Of a stretch of 64,000 nucleotides of DNA, positions 9,930 to 18,425 are shown one piece after another. The notes under the pieces are model-generated. The model had not been told where the DNA came from and did no database searches. It saw nothing but the letters and a program-made list of their open reading frames with translations. The first letter of the stretch is position 1; the number at the start of each line of letters is the position of its first letter. The position numbers were made by a program, and so were the translations under genes. The DNA comes from Clostridia bacterium (GTDB taxonomy: Bacteria; Bacillota; Clostridia; JAAYHZ01). Location of the stretch: positions 64,001 to 128,000 of the forward strand of contig JBMNIH010000003.1 of the NCBI GenBank assembly GCA_050950825.1, written 5' to 3'.

Positions 9930-11159
9930 TTATACACCAAACCTTCGCATAATTCTTTCGTATGCGATCCTCGTATGAAAGTGTTCCTCCAAATACCGTC
10001 GTCCGTTTTCTCCTAATTGCGAAAGCTTATCCTTTTCCTCTATAACCTTCTTTAAAGTCTTTTTAAAATTTAGGGTATCGCCGCTTTCGCACCACCGGCC
10101 GAAGTCACCTTCTAAAATGGCGTCTTTTACGTCCGTATTTTTATCCGTTGCCGCCAAAACGGGCAAGCCGTGGTTCATGTAATCCAATATCCTCGAAGGA
10201 AAATTCGGTACCGTAAACCTTCGGTCCAAAAAGATCAACCCCACGTCGCAGGCTTCCAATAGCTCGTAGTATTCTTTGATCCTTAAGCTGTCCAACACGG
10301 TGATATATTCGTCGGAGGCCGTATTTTTGTATTCCTTGAGTTTATAAAAATCGGTTCCGGAGCCTACCATGACAAAATGAATTTCCTTGTTGTCCTCGTT
10401 GTCTTTTAGCACCCGAACAATATAGTCCACGTCTTGGGGCTTTCCGAAGTTACCTCCGTAAACGAATATCAATTTATCCGAAGGAAGTGAGAATCGTGCT
10501 CTTAGCATCCTTTTTCTTTTTTCTCTTTCCTCCGGGCTAACTAAATCCGTACGAGGGTTGATGGTATTCGGGCATATTTCAACTCGTTTCGGGTCCAAAT
10601 ACGGATTGTGTTTTAAAAGAAAATCCACATTGGCTTGGGACATGCAGCCGATGTAGTCGCTGATTAAATACAATTGTTTTTCTTTTCTTCGAAAATAACG
10701 ATATATAACGGCCGTCCATCCGGTTTTCTTTAACAGCCCGATATCGCAGGCGTTTTGAGGGAAAATGTCTTTTAGCATCAAATAGGAGGCCGCACCGTCT
10801 CTTTTCTTTAAAAAAGCCACCGTTTTGGTTACGGTTATCGGCGGTGTGGAATAAAGGACCAAATCGAACTTGACGTCTCCGAAATATTCTTGTATGGCTT
10901 TTTTAAATTGCATACCGATGAAAAAGGTGGAAATACCCTTTTCGATCCGGCCGGTTTTTGTGATGTTGCCGGTTTTCACCCGTAAGACCTTCATTCCGTG
11001 TTCGATGTTCATTTCGGTAGGAAGACCGCTCCGCCTTTCCCTTTGGCACACCACATAAACCGAATGTCCTTGGTCTCGAAAGTGCCGAAGCAAATCGGGA
11101 TAAACGGTGTTTTCGCCTAAATCTTGCAGTCCTCCGATGGAAAGAAACACGATGTTCAT
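9930..11159 (-). CDS. GT4 glycosyltransferase (WbuB-like)
   Basis: YSTPPIT, KDIFPQN, YGGNFGKPQ, PNFPSRILDYM...PVLA. Confidence 0.88.
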   Translation of the reverse strand: MNIVFLSIGGLQDLGENTVYPDLLRHFRDQGHSVYVVCQRERRSGLPTEMNIEHGMKVLRVKTGNITKTGRIEKGISTFFIGMQFKKAIQEYFGDVKFDLVLYSTPPITVTKTVAFLKKRDGAASYLMLKDIFPQNACDIGLLKKTGWTAVIYRYFRRKEKQLYLISDYIGCMSQANVDFLLKHNPYLDPKRVEICPNTINPRTDLVSPEEREKRKRMLRARFSLPSDKLIFVYGGNFGKPQDVDYIVRVLKDNEDNKEIHFVMVGSGTDFYKLKEYKNTASDEYITVLDSLRIKEYYELLEACDVGLIFLDRRFTVPNFPSRILDYMNHGLPVLAATDKNTDVKDAILEGDFGRWCESGDTLNFKKTLKKVIEEKDKLSQLGENGRRYLEEHFHTRIAYERIMRRFGV

Positions 11160-11172
11160 ATCAATCTATCCT

Positions 11173-12213
11173 TCAGAATTCTCGGTATTGGGGGAAGAAT
11201 CCGTTGTTGCACTGAAACCCCCGTTCCCCGTTTCGAATGGCCATAATCTCGTCGTATTTTTCCCGATTAAATATTCTTTTGCCGATATAAAAGCGCCGGA
11301 TGTTATCGGGAGCAAAGCTTTTCTTAAATCGAAAGATGCCGTCGTCTTTACCGTATCCGCCGCCTAAGACGAAACGTTTCAATCCTTTTTCCTTCAACCA
11401 CTTAATGGCCTCCACCTTCAAAAAATCGTTCGGCCTTAAGTGAAAATATCGGCTGTCGGTTCCTCCTAAGAAGGAATAGCCGTTTTCCTTTCCGTACAGG
11501 ATCAGCTCCGTTGAAATGACCTTGTCCTCGTAAAGAACGTGAATATATACCGTATTTTCCTTTAATTCATTGATGGTATGAAAAAATTCTTCGGGAAAAT
11601 AATAGTAGGATTTGGCATCCTTTCGGTCCATGGTCCCGTAATACACGTCAAGAAAATCCTTCAGTCGTCTTCCCTCTTCGTCGATTTCCACTTGCAGCCC
11701 TGCCGTATGAGCCCTTTTCATATTCTTCCTCACTTTATGCTCAAAGCCTTTGATGATGTCCTCCATATCCGGATCCAAAGGACATACCACGTTGCCGGTA
11801 CAGGACTCGATTTTGCCTTCAAAAACATCCGTATACTTGGTGTACAAATGGAAACGAATAAACTCGGATATGTACCCTTTTTCTTTGCATAATTCCACGT
11901 ATTCTTTCTCTAAAGATTCACAGCCTTCCCCTTCAATCCAAAACCCGCCGTAGCCGTAGGGCGTGGAAAGGTCGAACCAACGGTTCTTTTCCAATTTCCC
12001 TAAAAAGGGCTTGCTTTCGGCAATGTCTCTTTTCATAACTACATTCATGGCTTTCGCCGTATCGCTTTCGTAATAGAACAACAACGGTTTTCCGTCTCCG
12101 ATTCTTTCATACGCTTTGGCATAGCAACTTAAATAATAGACGTCGTAACGGTCAAAGCTTTTTACAATGGAATCCCATTTTGCCGATTCTTCTATAGGTA
12201 CGATGGTTATCAT
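11173..12213 (-). CDS. FemAB/FemX-like GNAT-fold (amino)acyltransferase
   Basis: TPYGYGG, FIRFH, RKNMKRA, FLDVYYGTMDRKDAKSYYYF, LRPNDFL, LGGG..DGIFRFKKSF. Confidence 0.8.
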   Translation of the reverse strand: MITIVPIEESAKWDSIVKSFDRYDVYYLSCYAKAYERIGDGKPLLFYYESDTAKAMNVVMKRDIAESKPFLGKLEKNRWFDLSTPYGYGGFWIEGEGCESLEKEYVELCKEKGYISEFIRFHLYTKYTDVFEGKIESCTGNVVCPLDPDMEDIIKGFEHKVRKNMKRAHTAGLQVEIDEEGRRLKDFLDVYYGTMDRKDAKSYYYFPEEFFHTINELKENTVYIHVLYEDKVISTELILYGKENGYSFLGGTDSRYFHLRPNDFLKVEAIKWLKEKGLKRFVLGGGYGKDDGIFRFKKSFAPDNIRRFYIGKRIFNREKYDEIMAIRNGERGFQCNNGFFPQYREF

Positions 12214-12710
12214 GATAAACGATTTTCTCCTCTGTCCTTTACCTTTTTTTCAAACTGCAGCCTTGTAACATAAAATCCCTGTTTTTCATAAAAACGAATC
12301 ACGTTTTCATTTTCCTTTGTAGCCATAAGCTCCATTGTTTGTATTCCTTCATCAAACGCAATTCTTTCGATGCAATCCAAAAGTTTTGTTCCGACACCTT
12401 GCCCCCTGTATGCCGAATCGACGGCAATCTCGCTGATATGAAGCCTTGTCTCCCCTAAGAAGCTTCTTTTGTATGCCCATAAAAATCCGATGATCTTCCG
12501 GTCAACAAAGGCGCCGATGAGCATGGCGGATCCGTCCTTGCAAAATCGGATCATGTCTTTGTATCGAGATTCCGCAAACTCGTGTAAGCCGCCTTTGCCG
12601 GGAAAATTCAACCGGTAGTTTTCATAAAGCAGCCGAGTAATTTCGTCGGGATTTTTCTGCAAATCTTCCGTTTTAACAGGCCGAAATACGATATCTTTAG
12701 CCGCTTCCAT
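12210..12710 (-). CDS. GNAT-family N-acetyltransferase
   Basis: IAVDSAYRGQGVGTKLL acetyl-CoA motif A; N..VIRFYEKQGF motif B. Confidence 0.9.
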   Translation of the reverse strand: MEAAKDIVFRPVKTEDLQKNPDEITRLLYENYRLNFPGKGGLHEFAESRYKDMIRFCKDGSAMLIGAFVDRKIIGFLWAYKRSFLGETRLHISEIAVDSAYRGQGVGTKLLDCIERIAFDEGIQTMELMATKENENVIRFYEKQGFYVTRLQFEKKVKDRGENRLS

Positions 12711-13392
12711 TTCGCCTTTCTCCTCTTTCCGTATCCAGGTCCTTCAAAATGTGCTCCTCTCCTACAAGTATGTCCTTTCTTTGAAAGACCGCTAGGACCG
12801 TTTTTATTACAATTCTCATATCGTTTAAAAAGGTAATATTCTTAACATATTCGATATCTTTTAAAAACCGCTCGTCCCAAGACAGCGCGTTTCTTCCGCT
12901 GATTTGGGCAAGTCCTGTAATCCCCGGCCTTACGCTGCTTCGTGCTCTTTCATGCTCGTAATAATAGGGCAAGTACCGAACCAAAAGAGGCCTGGGCCCT
13001 ACAAAGCTCATATCACCTTTTAGAATATTAAACAGCTCCGGCAGCTCGTCCAAGGAGGTGGATCGTAACAGTTTTCCGAATCTCGTCAGCCTTTGGTGGT
13101 CCGGAAGAAGCCTTCCCTCCTTGTCCCTCTCATCGGTCATGGTCCGAAACTTGTACATGACGAATATCTTCTCATAAAGCCCGGGCCTTTCTTGCTTGAA
13201 AAGGACGGGCTTTCCTAAGTTTATTCTCACAAGTATCGCTAATATGAACATGACGGGACTTAATATGACGATCGCCAAAAAAGACAAAACAAAATCCATG
13301 GGTCTTTTTATATATCGGCAATATATGCCGTTTTTAACCGTCACCCGATTTTCCTTGTCCGTAATATGTCGATCTTTTCGAAACCCCCTCAT
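12697..13392 (-). CDS. Undecaprenyl-phosphate sugar-1-phosphate transferase (PglC/EpsL-like initiating enzyme)
   Basis: KRPMD, FKQERPG, YKFRTM, RSTSLDELPEL, GDMSFVGPRP, RPGITGLAQ. The true start may be a few codons downstream. Confidence 0.92.
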   Translation of the reverse strand: MRGFRKDRHITDKENRVTVKNGIYCRYIKRPMDFVLSFLAIVILSPVMFILAILVRINLGKPVLFKQERPGLYEKIFVMYKFRTMTDERDKEGRLLPDHQRLTRFGKLLRSTSLDELPELFNILKGDMSFVGPRPLLVRYLPYYYEHERARSSVRPGITGLAQISGRNALSWDERFLKDIEYVKNITFLNDMRIVIKTVLAVFQRKDILVGEEHILKDLDTERGERRNGSG

Positions 13393-13604
13393 CTTTTACC
13401 CTAACCCGTAATTGATCGTTTTTTAAAATCATTAACGGTCTTATGTTACCTCAAATCATAAAATATGGCAATAACCAAAACTTGCTATAAAAGCGCCGAA
13501 AATGGTTGTATCCGTTGAAATTTGTACCGGATCGTGGTATTGTTTATATATATTAACAATTGTTTGCGGAATCGATCCGAAAACGAAAACCGGGTGACGT
13601 TTAC

Positions 13605-14282
13605 ATGAGAAAATCGATTACAATACTCTTGTTCTTTACCATTCTTTTCTCTTTTCTTCTTGTTTCCTGCACCGATTCGGACGGAAATTTTGAGGATATT
13701 AAAAACGTAACCTTTGATTACGACACTACGCCCTACCTTGACGAAGCCGTTATACGGATGGAGAATTTTTCTTTTCAATTTCTCGATTGCCTTCTCGTTC
13801 CGGCGGACGATTACGGTGAAAACGATTGCCTTATGATACGGGATCTCTTAGAGGATATTATTATTATAAAACCTTCCTTTTTGAAGCCGGTTGTAGGCGC
13901 ATACAAATCCGTCGGCGGGGACGGGTACTTGCTCATGCTTTTGAATTTTGATCCCGAAGAGGATTTGGCGGAACGAGGTCCCTTCGAGCCCCGCATGAAA
14001 ATTCAAGCCATTGACAACTTCGGAGAAGAAGCCGTTTTAATGTACAATTCCTTGCACAAATCCACCGTGGATGCGGAATTTCCCTACGGAATCCTCATTT
14101 TCAAAGCCAATTACGATGCGGATACCATCTTTTTTATGTTTGACGATCAAAAGTTTAAGCTGGATTTCTATTATTCCGACAGCGATGAAGACGATGGCAG
14201 CGATAAAAACAACGAAGAAGGGCGAGAGGAAATGTATCTTCACAAAACCGAATGCATACATCTCTTACCCGCCCGTTTATAA
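13605..14282 (+). CDS. Hypothetical acidic lipoprotein
   Basis: MRKSITILLFFTILFSFLLVSC lipobox; Asp/Glu-rich; no family recognised. Confidence 0.65.
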   Translation: MRKSITILLFFTILFSFLLVSCTDSDGNFEDIKNVTFDYDTTPYLDEAVIRMENFSFQFLDCLLVPADDYGENDCLMIRDLLEDIIIIKPSFLKPVVGAYKSVGGDGYLLMLLNFDPEEDLAERGPFEPRMKIQAIDNFGEEAVLMYNSLHKSTVDAEFPYGILIFKANYDADTIFFMFDDQKFKLDFYYSDSDEDDGSDKNNEEGREEMYLHKTECIHLLPARL

Positions 14283-14292
14283 GAAATGCGCT

Positions 14293-17070
14293 TTATAACG
14301 AAGCCTCGTATTCGATTGTAACGGAAGTCACGTAAGGCGAATTGCCGCCGTTTTTGGCACCTAAGGCCAACATGTATTGTACATACCTTCCGGATAAAGC
14401 TTGGTCGTGAATTTCGCAAGGGCTTTCAAACCACGAATTCAGCCCGTTTTTTCCCATCCAAGGTGCGGATTCGATTTCTTCTTTGGTATCCGCACAGCGG
14501 ATCCGGCACTTGACCCATGTCAAAGGAGGAAGCTCCGCTTCCCAATTGACGGAACAAATTCTTGATTTTACATCAAGCTCTTTAACCTTGGAGATATAAA
14601 TCTCTTCTTCGCTTCGGTCCATGATATTTCCCGCATCCACCGCCATCAAGCCGTGGGGGCCGTATGTAGGAAGCCATACGATGTTTTCTTCTTTAAAGCC
14701 TTCCTCGGAGTTGTACCATATTTGGGAATACCCCTTATGGTCTCCGTAGGTTTTGTGATTGGCCACCGCCAAATCGATAAGGCCGTCGTTGTTAAAATCC
14801 AAGGCCAAGGAGCCGCAGGACGAATGGGTGAAAAACCTTTTTCGATGCTTTTCGGAATAGATGCCTCCCGGCTGTCCCCAATACAAATAGGCGTCAAGGT
14901 CTCGGTCTCTTCCGGAGTTGTAGGAGGTGATGAAAATGTCCAAGATACCGTCGTTGTTGAAATCCGCTACGGTGATGGAGTTGCTTGCATGACCGGGCAG
15001 CTGGGTGCATCTTCTTTTGTCAAAGCCGTCGGGTCCTCCCCAAAAAATGCTGACGCAAGAATCCTTCTTCCAATTCTTCGATTTGTACATGAATCCGCCT
15101 ACGATTAAATCCGGCCAGCCGTCCTTATTCAGGTCCGCCACTTGGGCGCAGACGCTGTTCACCACGGGAAGATAGGTGACGTTATCCTTTGAAAATCCGT
15201 CGGGTCCTCCCCACAGGATCATAAAGTGATCCCCCAATATTTGGGATACGCAAAGGTCCAAATACCCGTCGTTGTTCAAATCCGCCGCCAGCATAAAGCG
15301 AACCTCGCAATACTCGGTATCAAGCCTTGCCTTGTTGTCGGAAGGCGAGAATATATCCTTTGACGGAGGTACCGGTTCGTAGGAATCGTCCAATTTGGGA
15401 TCCAAAACGATCTTTTGCGGGTTTTCAAGATCAAACCCGTTTTCTCCCCCTTTGAATATTTTAATCACCGGGTTATGAAAACCTCCTACGGCGATATCCA
15501 GGTAGCCGGACTTTCGAAAGTCTCCGACGGCGCAGCCGTGGGCACGGTAGGTCGGAAAGACGGTTTTTCTGTCTTTTTTGAACCCGTCCGGCCCCCCGTG
15601 GTACAAGTAGCAGCCGGGGTCGATGCCTTGGGATACGGAATTCTCGGCGCAGTTGCACAAGAACAGGTCGTGTACTCCCCGATCAAAAAAATCACAGCAG
15701 ATCAAATCCACACCGGCCCAGGTGGACAAAACGTCTCTTCTTTCGGGGTCAAATCCGTCGGGTCCGTTGTAGTAGACGAAAAGGTCCACGTCTCCTCGAA
15801 CGCGGCCGCTTTCGTGGTTAACAAAGACGATTTGCTTTTTGTTTTTGCTGTCGGCGATATACACGTCCACGCAGTCGTGAACCGTATACTCCTTTATTTT
15901 CTCAACCCTTCGGTCCCTATGTAATTTATACACCGGGGTGTTGACGGTGTAGGTTATGCCGTTATTCCCCGAGCATAAGACAAGCTCCTTCAGGCCGTCG
16001 TTGTCGATGTCTCCTACGCATGCGCTGCGTAAGGATTGCGCAAAAAACGTTACGTATTCGCCGGGGTTGATGCCATCCTTCGTACCTTTGAAGATATAGC
16101 TTTGTTCCTCTTTTTCGATATCTTTGCAGACACATAAGACAAGATCGTTTTCATTCCTTTGAAAACAATCCGCCGACAGGGCGTATACCGAGCCCGGTAT
16201 ATCCAAGGAAAACGATAAAGTCAGTTCTTTGTTATGTCCGGTATAAAAGCACGCCTTATTGTCCTTTACGACGTACAAGTACACGGTATTTCCCAATTCC
16301 ACAAAGCAAGGGCGCCATGTATTGTTCCAAAGAAGGCGGGCTTCGGTAGAGCCTGCTCCTAAGCGCACGGGAGATGCCAAAAAATCGAAAACCGTCATTC
16401 GGTCTAAAGACAAGCCTTCTTCGGAACCCCAAAGGATCAGTACGGTGCCGTCGGCGCAGCGGACGCACAAATCGTCGTATCCGTCACGATCCAAGTCCCT
16501 AGCCTCTACAAATACGGCCTTGCCATGAAGTTCCATATCTTTAAAAGCCGTCTCGTAATATCCTTGTTCTTTGCAGAAGAAAATGCGTAAATTCCCTTCG
16601 GTAGCAAAGACCAAGTCTTTTTTACCCCGTCCCGAAAAATCCCCCGCCGCCACATCCGTTGCGTTCGATGCGGGAAGCTCGATTCGGTACCTTAAGGATA
16701 TGCCGTCATCGGACCCGTAATAGACAAAGGCGGGCACATCCGTATGGGTTCCGTTGTTTTGATGGGCTAAAACCAAAGAATCGTTTCCGTCTCCGAATAG
16801 GTCGGAAACCAAGCCTCCGTAGGCTCCTTGGGTAGGCAAGTACAAAAATTCGTCTTTTCGAATCGGCTCCGACACCACGGTTATATCCGGCCTTTCCCCC
16901 ATGTCTTGGCTGTTTGCAAAGGCCACGTCCGCATAACCGTCTTGGTTAAAATCATACCGGAATATCCTCTGAAGCCTTCCTTTTCGAGAAACGTAAAGGT
17001 TCTGTCCTCCGTTTCCGAAAGTACCTCCGATAAAATCCTCGAACCCCTTCTCAACCCATTTTTTTCTCAT
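14293..17070 (-). CDS. FG-GAP/VCBS-repeat beta-propeller protein (no signal peptide)
   Basis: Many DxNxDGxxD repeats (DFNQDGYAD, DLDRDGYDD, DIDNDGLKE, DLNNDGYLD, DLNKDGWPD, DFNNDGILD) with WGGPDGF turns. Start ATG at 17070 with AGGAG upstream. Confidence 0.85.
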   Translation of the reverse strand: MRKKWVEKGFEDFIGGTFGNGGQNLYVSRKGRLQRIFRYDFNQDGYADVAFANSQDMGERPDITVVSEPIRKDEFLYLPTQGAYGGLVSDLFGDGNDSLVLAHQNNGTHTDVPAFVYYGSDDGISLRYRIELPASNATDVAAGDFSGRGKKDLVFATEGNLRIFFCKEQGYYETAFKDMELHGKAVFVEARDLDRDGYDDLCVRCADGTVLILWGSEEGLSLDRMTVFDFLASPVRLGAGSTEARLLWNNTWRPCFVELGNTVYLYVVKDNKACFYTGHNKELTLSFSLDIPGSVYALSADCFQRNENDLVLCVCKDIEKEEQSYIFKGTKDGINPGEYVTFFAQSLRSACVGDIDNDGLKELVLCSGNNGITYTVNTPVYKLHRDRRVEKIKEYTVHDCVDVYIADSKNKKQIVFVNHESGRVRGDVDLFVYYNGPDGFDPERRDVLSTWAGVDLICCDFFDRGVHDLFLCNCAENSVSQGIDPGCYLYHGGPDGFKKDRKTVFPTYRAHGCAVGDFRKSGYLDIAVGGFHNPVIKIFKGGENGFDLENPQKIVLDPKLDDSYEPVPPSKDIFSPSDNKARLDTEYCEVRFMLAADLNNDGYLDLCVSQILGDHFMILWGGPDGFSKDNVTYLPVVNSVCAQVADLNKDGWPDLIVGGFMYKSKNWKKDSCVSIFWGGPDGFDKRRCTQLPGHASNSITVADFNNDGILDIFITSYNSGRDRDLDAYLYWGQPGGIYSEKHRKRFFTHSSCGSLALDFNNDGLIDLAVANHKTYGDHKGYSQIWYNSEEGFKEENIVWLPTYGPHGLMAVDAGNIMDRSEEEIYISKVKELDVKSRICSVNWEAELPPLTWVKCRIRCADTKEEIESAPWMGKNGLNSWFESPCEIHDQALSGRYVQYMLALGAKNGGNSPYVTSVTIEYEASL

Positions 17071-17247
17071 GGCACGTCTCCTAACCGTCTTTTGGATTAT
17101 GAAATTTTTAAGGTTTTCCATATCATGTATGCCTTGATTATATGCCGGGGGAAAAAGCCGGTCAATATTTCTCCTTCTCTTGTTTTTTTAGGATTCTTTT
17201 CCGGTAGAATGGGTTTTAAGAACCCCGGGTTATGTGAGGTATATCCC

Positions 17248-18318
17248 ATGATGAAGAAAAAGCTTATGACTCCTCGAGAAAGAGTGCTGCGTGCGCTGCA
17301 TCGTCAAGAGACGGATATGGTACCCTTTACGATCTACGATACCAAGTGGATTGAAGGGGGTGCGAAAACGGAGCTGATGAAAAGAGGCTTATGTCCCGTA
17401 ATCCGCATCACCTCCTACAAGGTACGTCGTCCCAATGTCACCGTCAAATCTTCTACATACACGGATGAAAACGGAGCCAAGGTAGTGCGAACCGTCTACA
17501 GCACCCCGGTCGGGGACCTTACCTCCTTGGTTCGACCGGCGGGCTTTACCAATTGGACCTTAGAGCATATGTTTAAAACAAAGGAAGACTACAAGGCGCT
17601 TCTTTTCTATGTCCGAGACGCCGTCGTGGAGCCGGATTACGACAATGCCGCCGCTATTTTGAAAAAAGCGGGAGAAGAATACGTGGTAAGAGACCAAATC
17701 CCCTTAGAGCCCTTACAGAACCTTGTATCGACTTACATGGGCACCGTCACCTTTTGCTTGGAGTGGATGGACAACCGCGATGAAATACTAAAGCTGTACG
17801 CCGCTTTTGTCGAACACGCCCGAAAAATCTATCCTCTTGTTGCGGAGGGTCCTTTGTCCTTTGCCAATTACGGCGGGAACGTGGTGCCTCAAATTTGGGG
17901 CGTTGAAAACTTCGAACGATATTTTGTTCCTCACTACAACGAAGCGGCCGAAATACTCCACAAAAAAGGAAAGCTTTTGGGAACCCACCTGGATGCGGAC
18001 AACACCATAATCATGGAGTCCGTCGCCGGCACCGGTTTGGACTATATCGAAGCCTACGATGCGGGAATCGGTCCGTCCGTAAAGGAAGCAAGAAAATACT
18101 GGCCGGATAAGGTGCTGTGGCTCAATTGGCCTTCCGCTTGGCACCTTGAGCCGATAAACAAAATCAAGGATTTGACAAAAGGGCTGATCGAAGAAGCATA
18201 TCCCGGTGACGGCTTGATTATCGGGATTACCGAAGACGTTCCTAAGGATCGAATCGTTCCTAACATGTTTGAAATCATGAAGGGAATCGAGGAAATGGGT
18301 CCCGTGAAAACCGAATAA
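17248..18318 (+). CDS. Uroporphyrinogen decarboxylase / MtaA-CmuA-like TIM-barrel protein
   Basis: MTPRERVLRAL..ETDMVP, TPVGDL, FERYFVPHY, GTHLDA, WLNWP. Start after GAGGT at 17248; the upstream extension in the ORF track overlaps the divergent gene. Confidence 0.78.
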   Translation: MMKKKLMTPRERVLRALHRQETDMVPFTIYDTKWIEGGAKTELMKRGLCPVIRITSYKVRRPNVTVKSSTYTDENGAKVVRTVYSTPVGDLTSLVRPAGFTNWTLEHMFKTKEDYKALLFYVRDAVVEPDYDNAAAILKKAGEEYVVRDQIPLEPLQNLVSTYMGTVTFCLEWMDNRDEILKLYAAFVEHARKIYPLVAEGPLSFANYGGNVVPQIWGVENFERYFVPHYNEAAEILHKKGKLLGTHLDADNTIIMESVAGTGLDYIEAYDAGIGPSVKEARKYWPDKVLWLNWPSAWHLEPINKIKDLTKGLIEEAYPGDGLIIGITEDVPKDRIVPNMFEIMKGIEEMGPVKTE

Positions 18319-18425
18319 GCATTTTTTTCTCAAACGGACATCCGGTGCAAGGATTTGGTCCGTTTTTGTGATTTACAGGTATACTCTTTTTAAGTTATTC
18401 TGATTGTAAAGGCGGTGATGATCAA

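Noticed and set aside
16828-17247. 140-aa N-terminal extension of the UroD-like ORF, and similar extensions of the flagellin, SBP and propeller ORFs
   Set aside because: They overlap divergent genes or promoters; strong RBS-ATG starts lie downstream.
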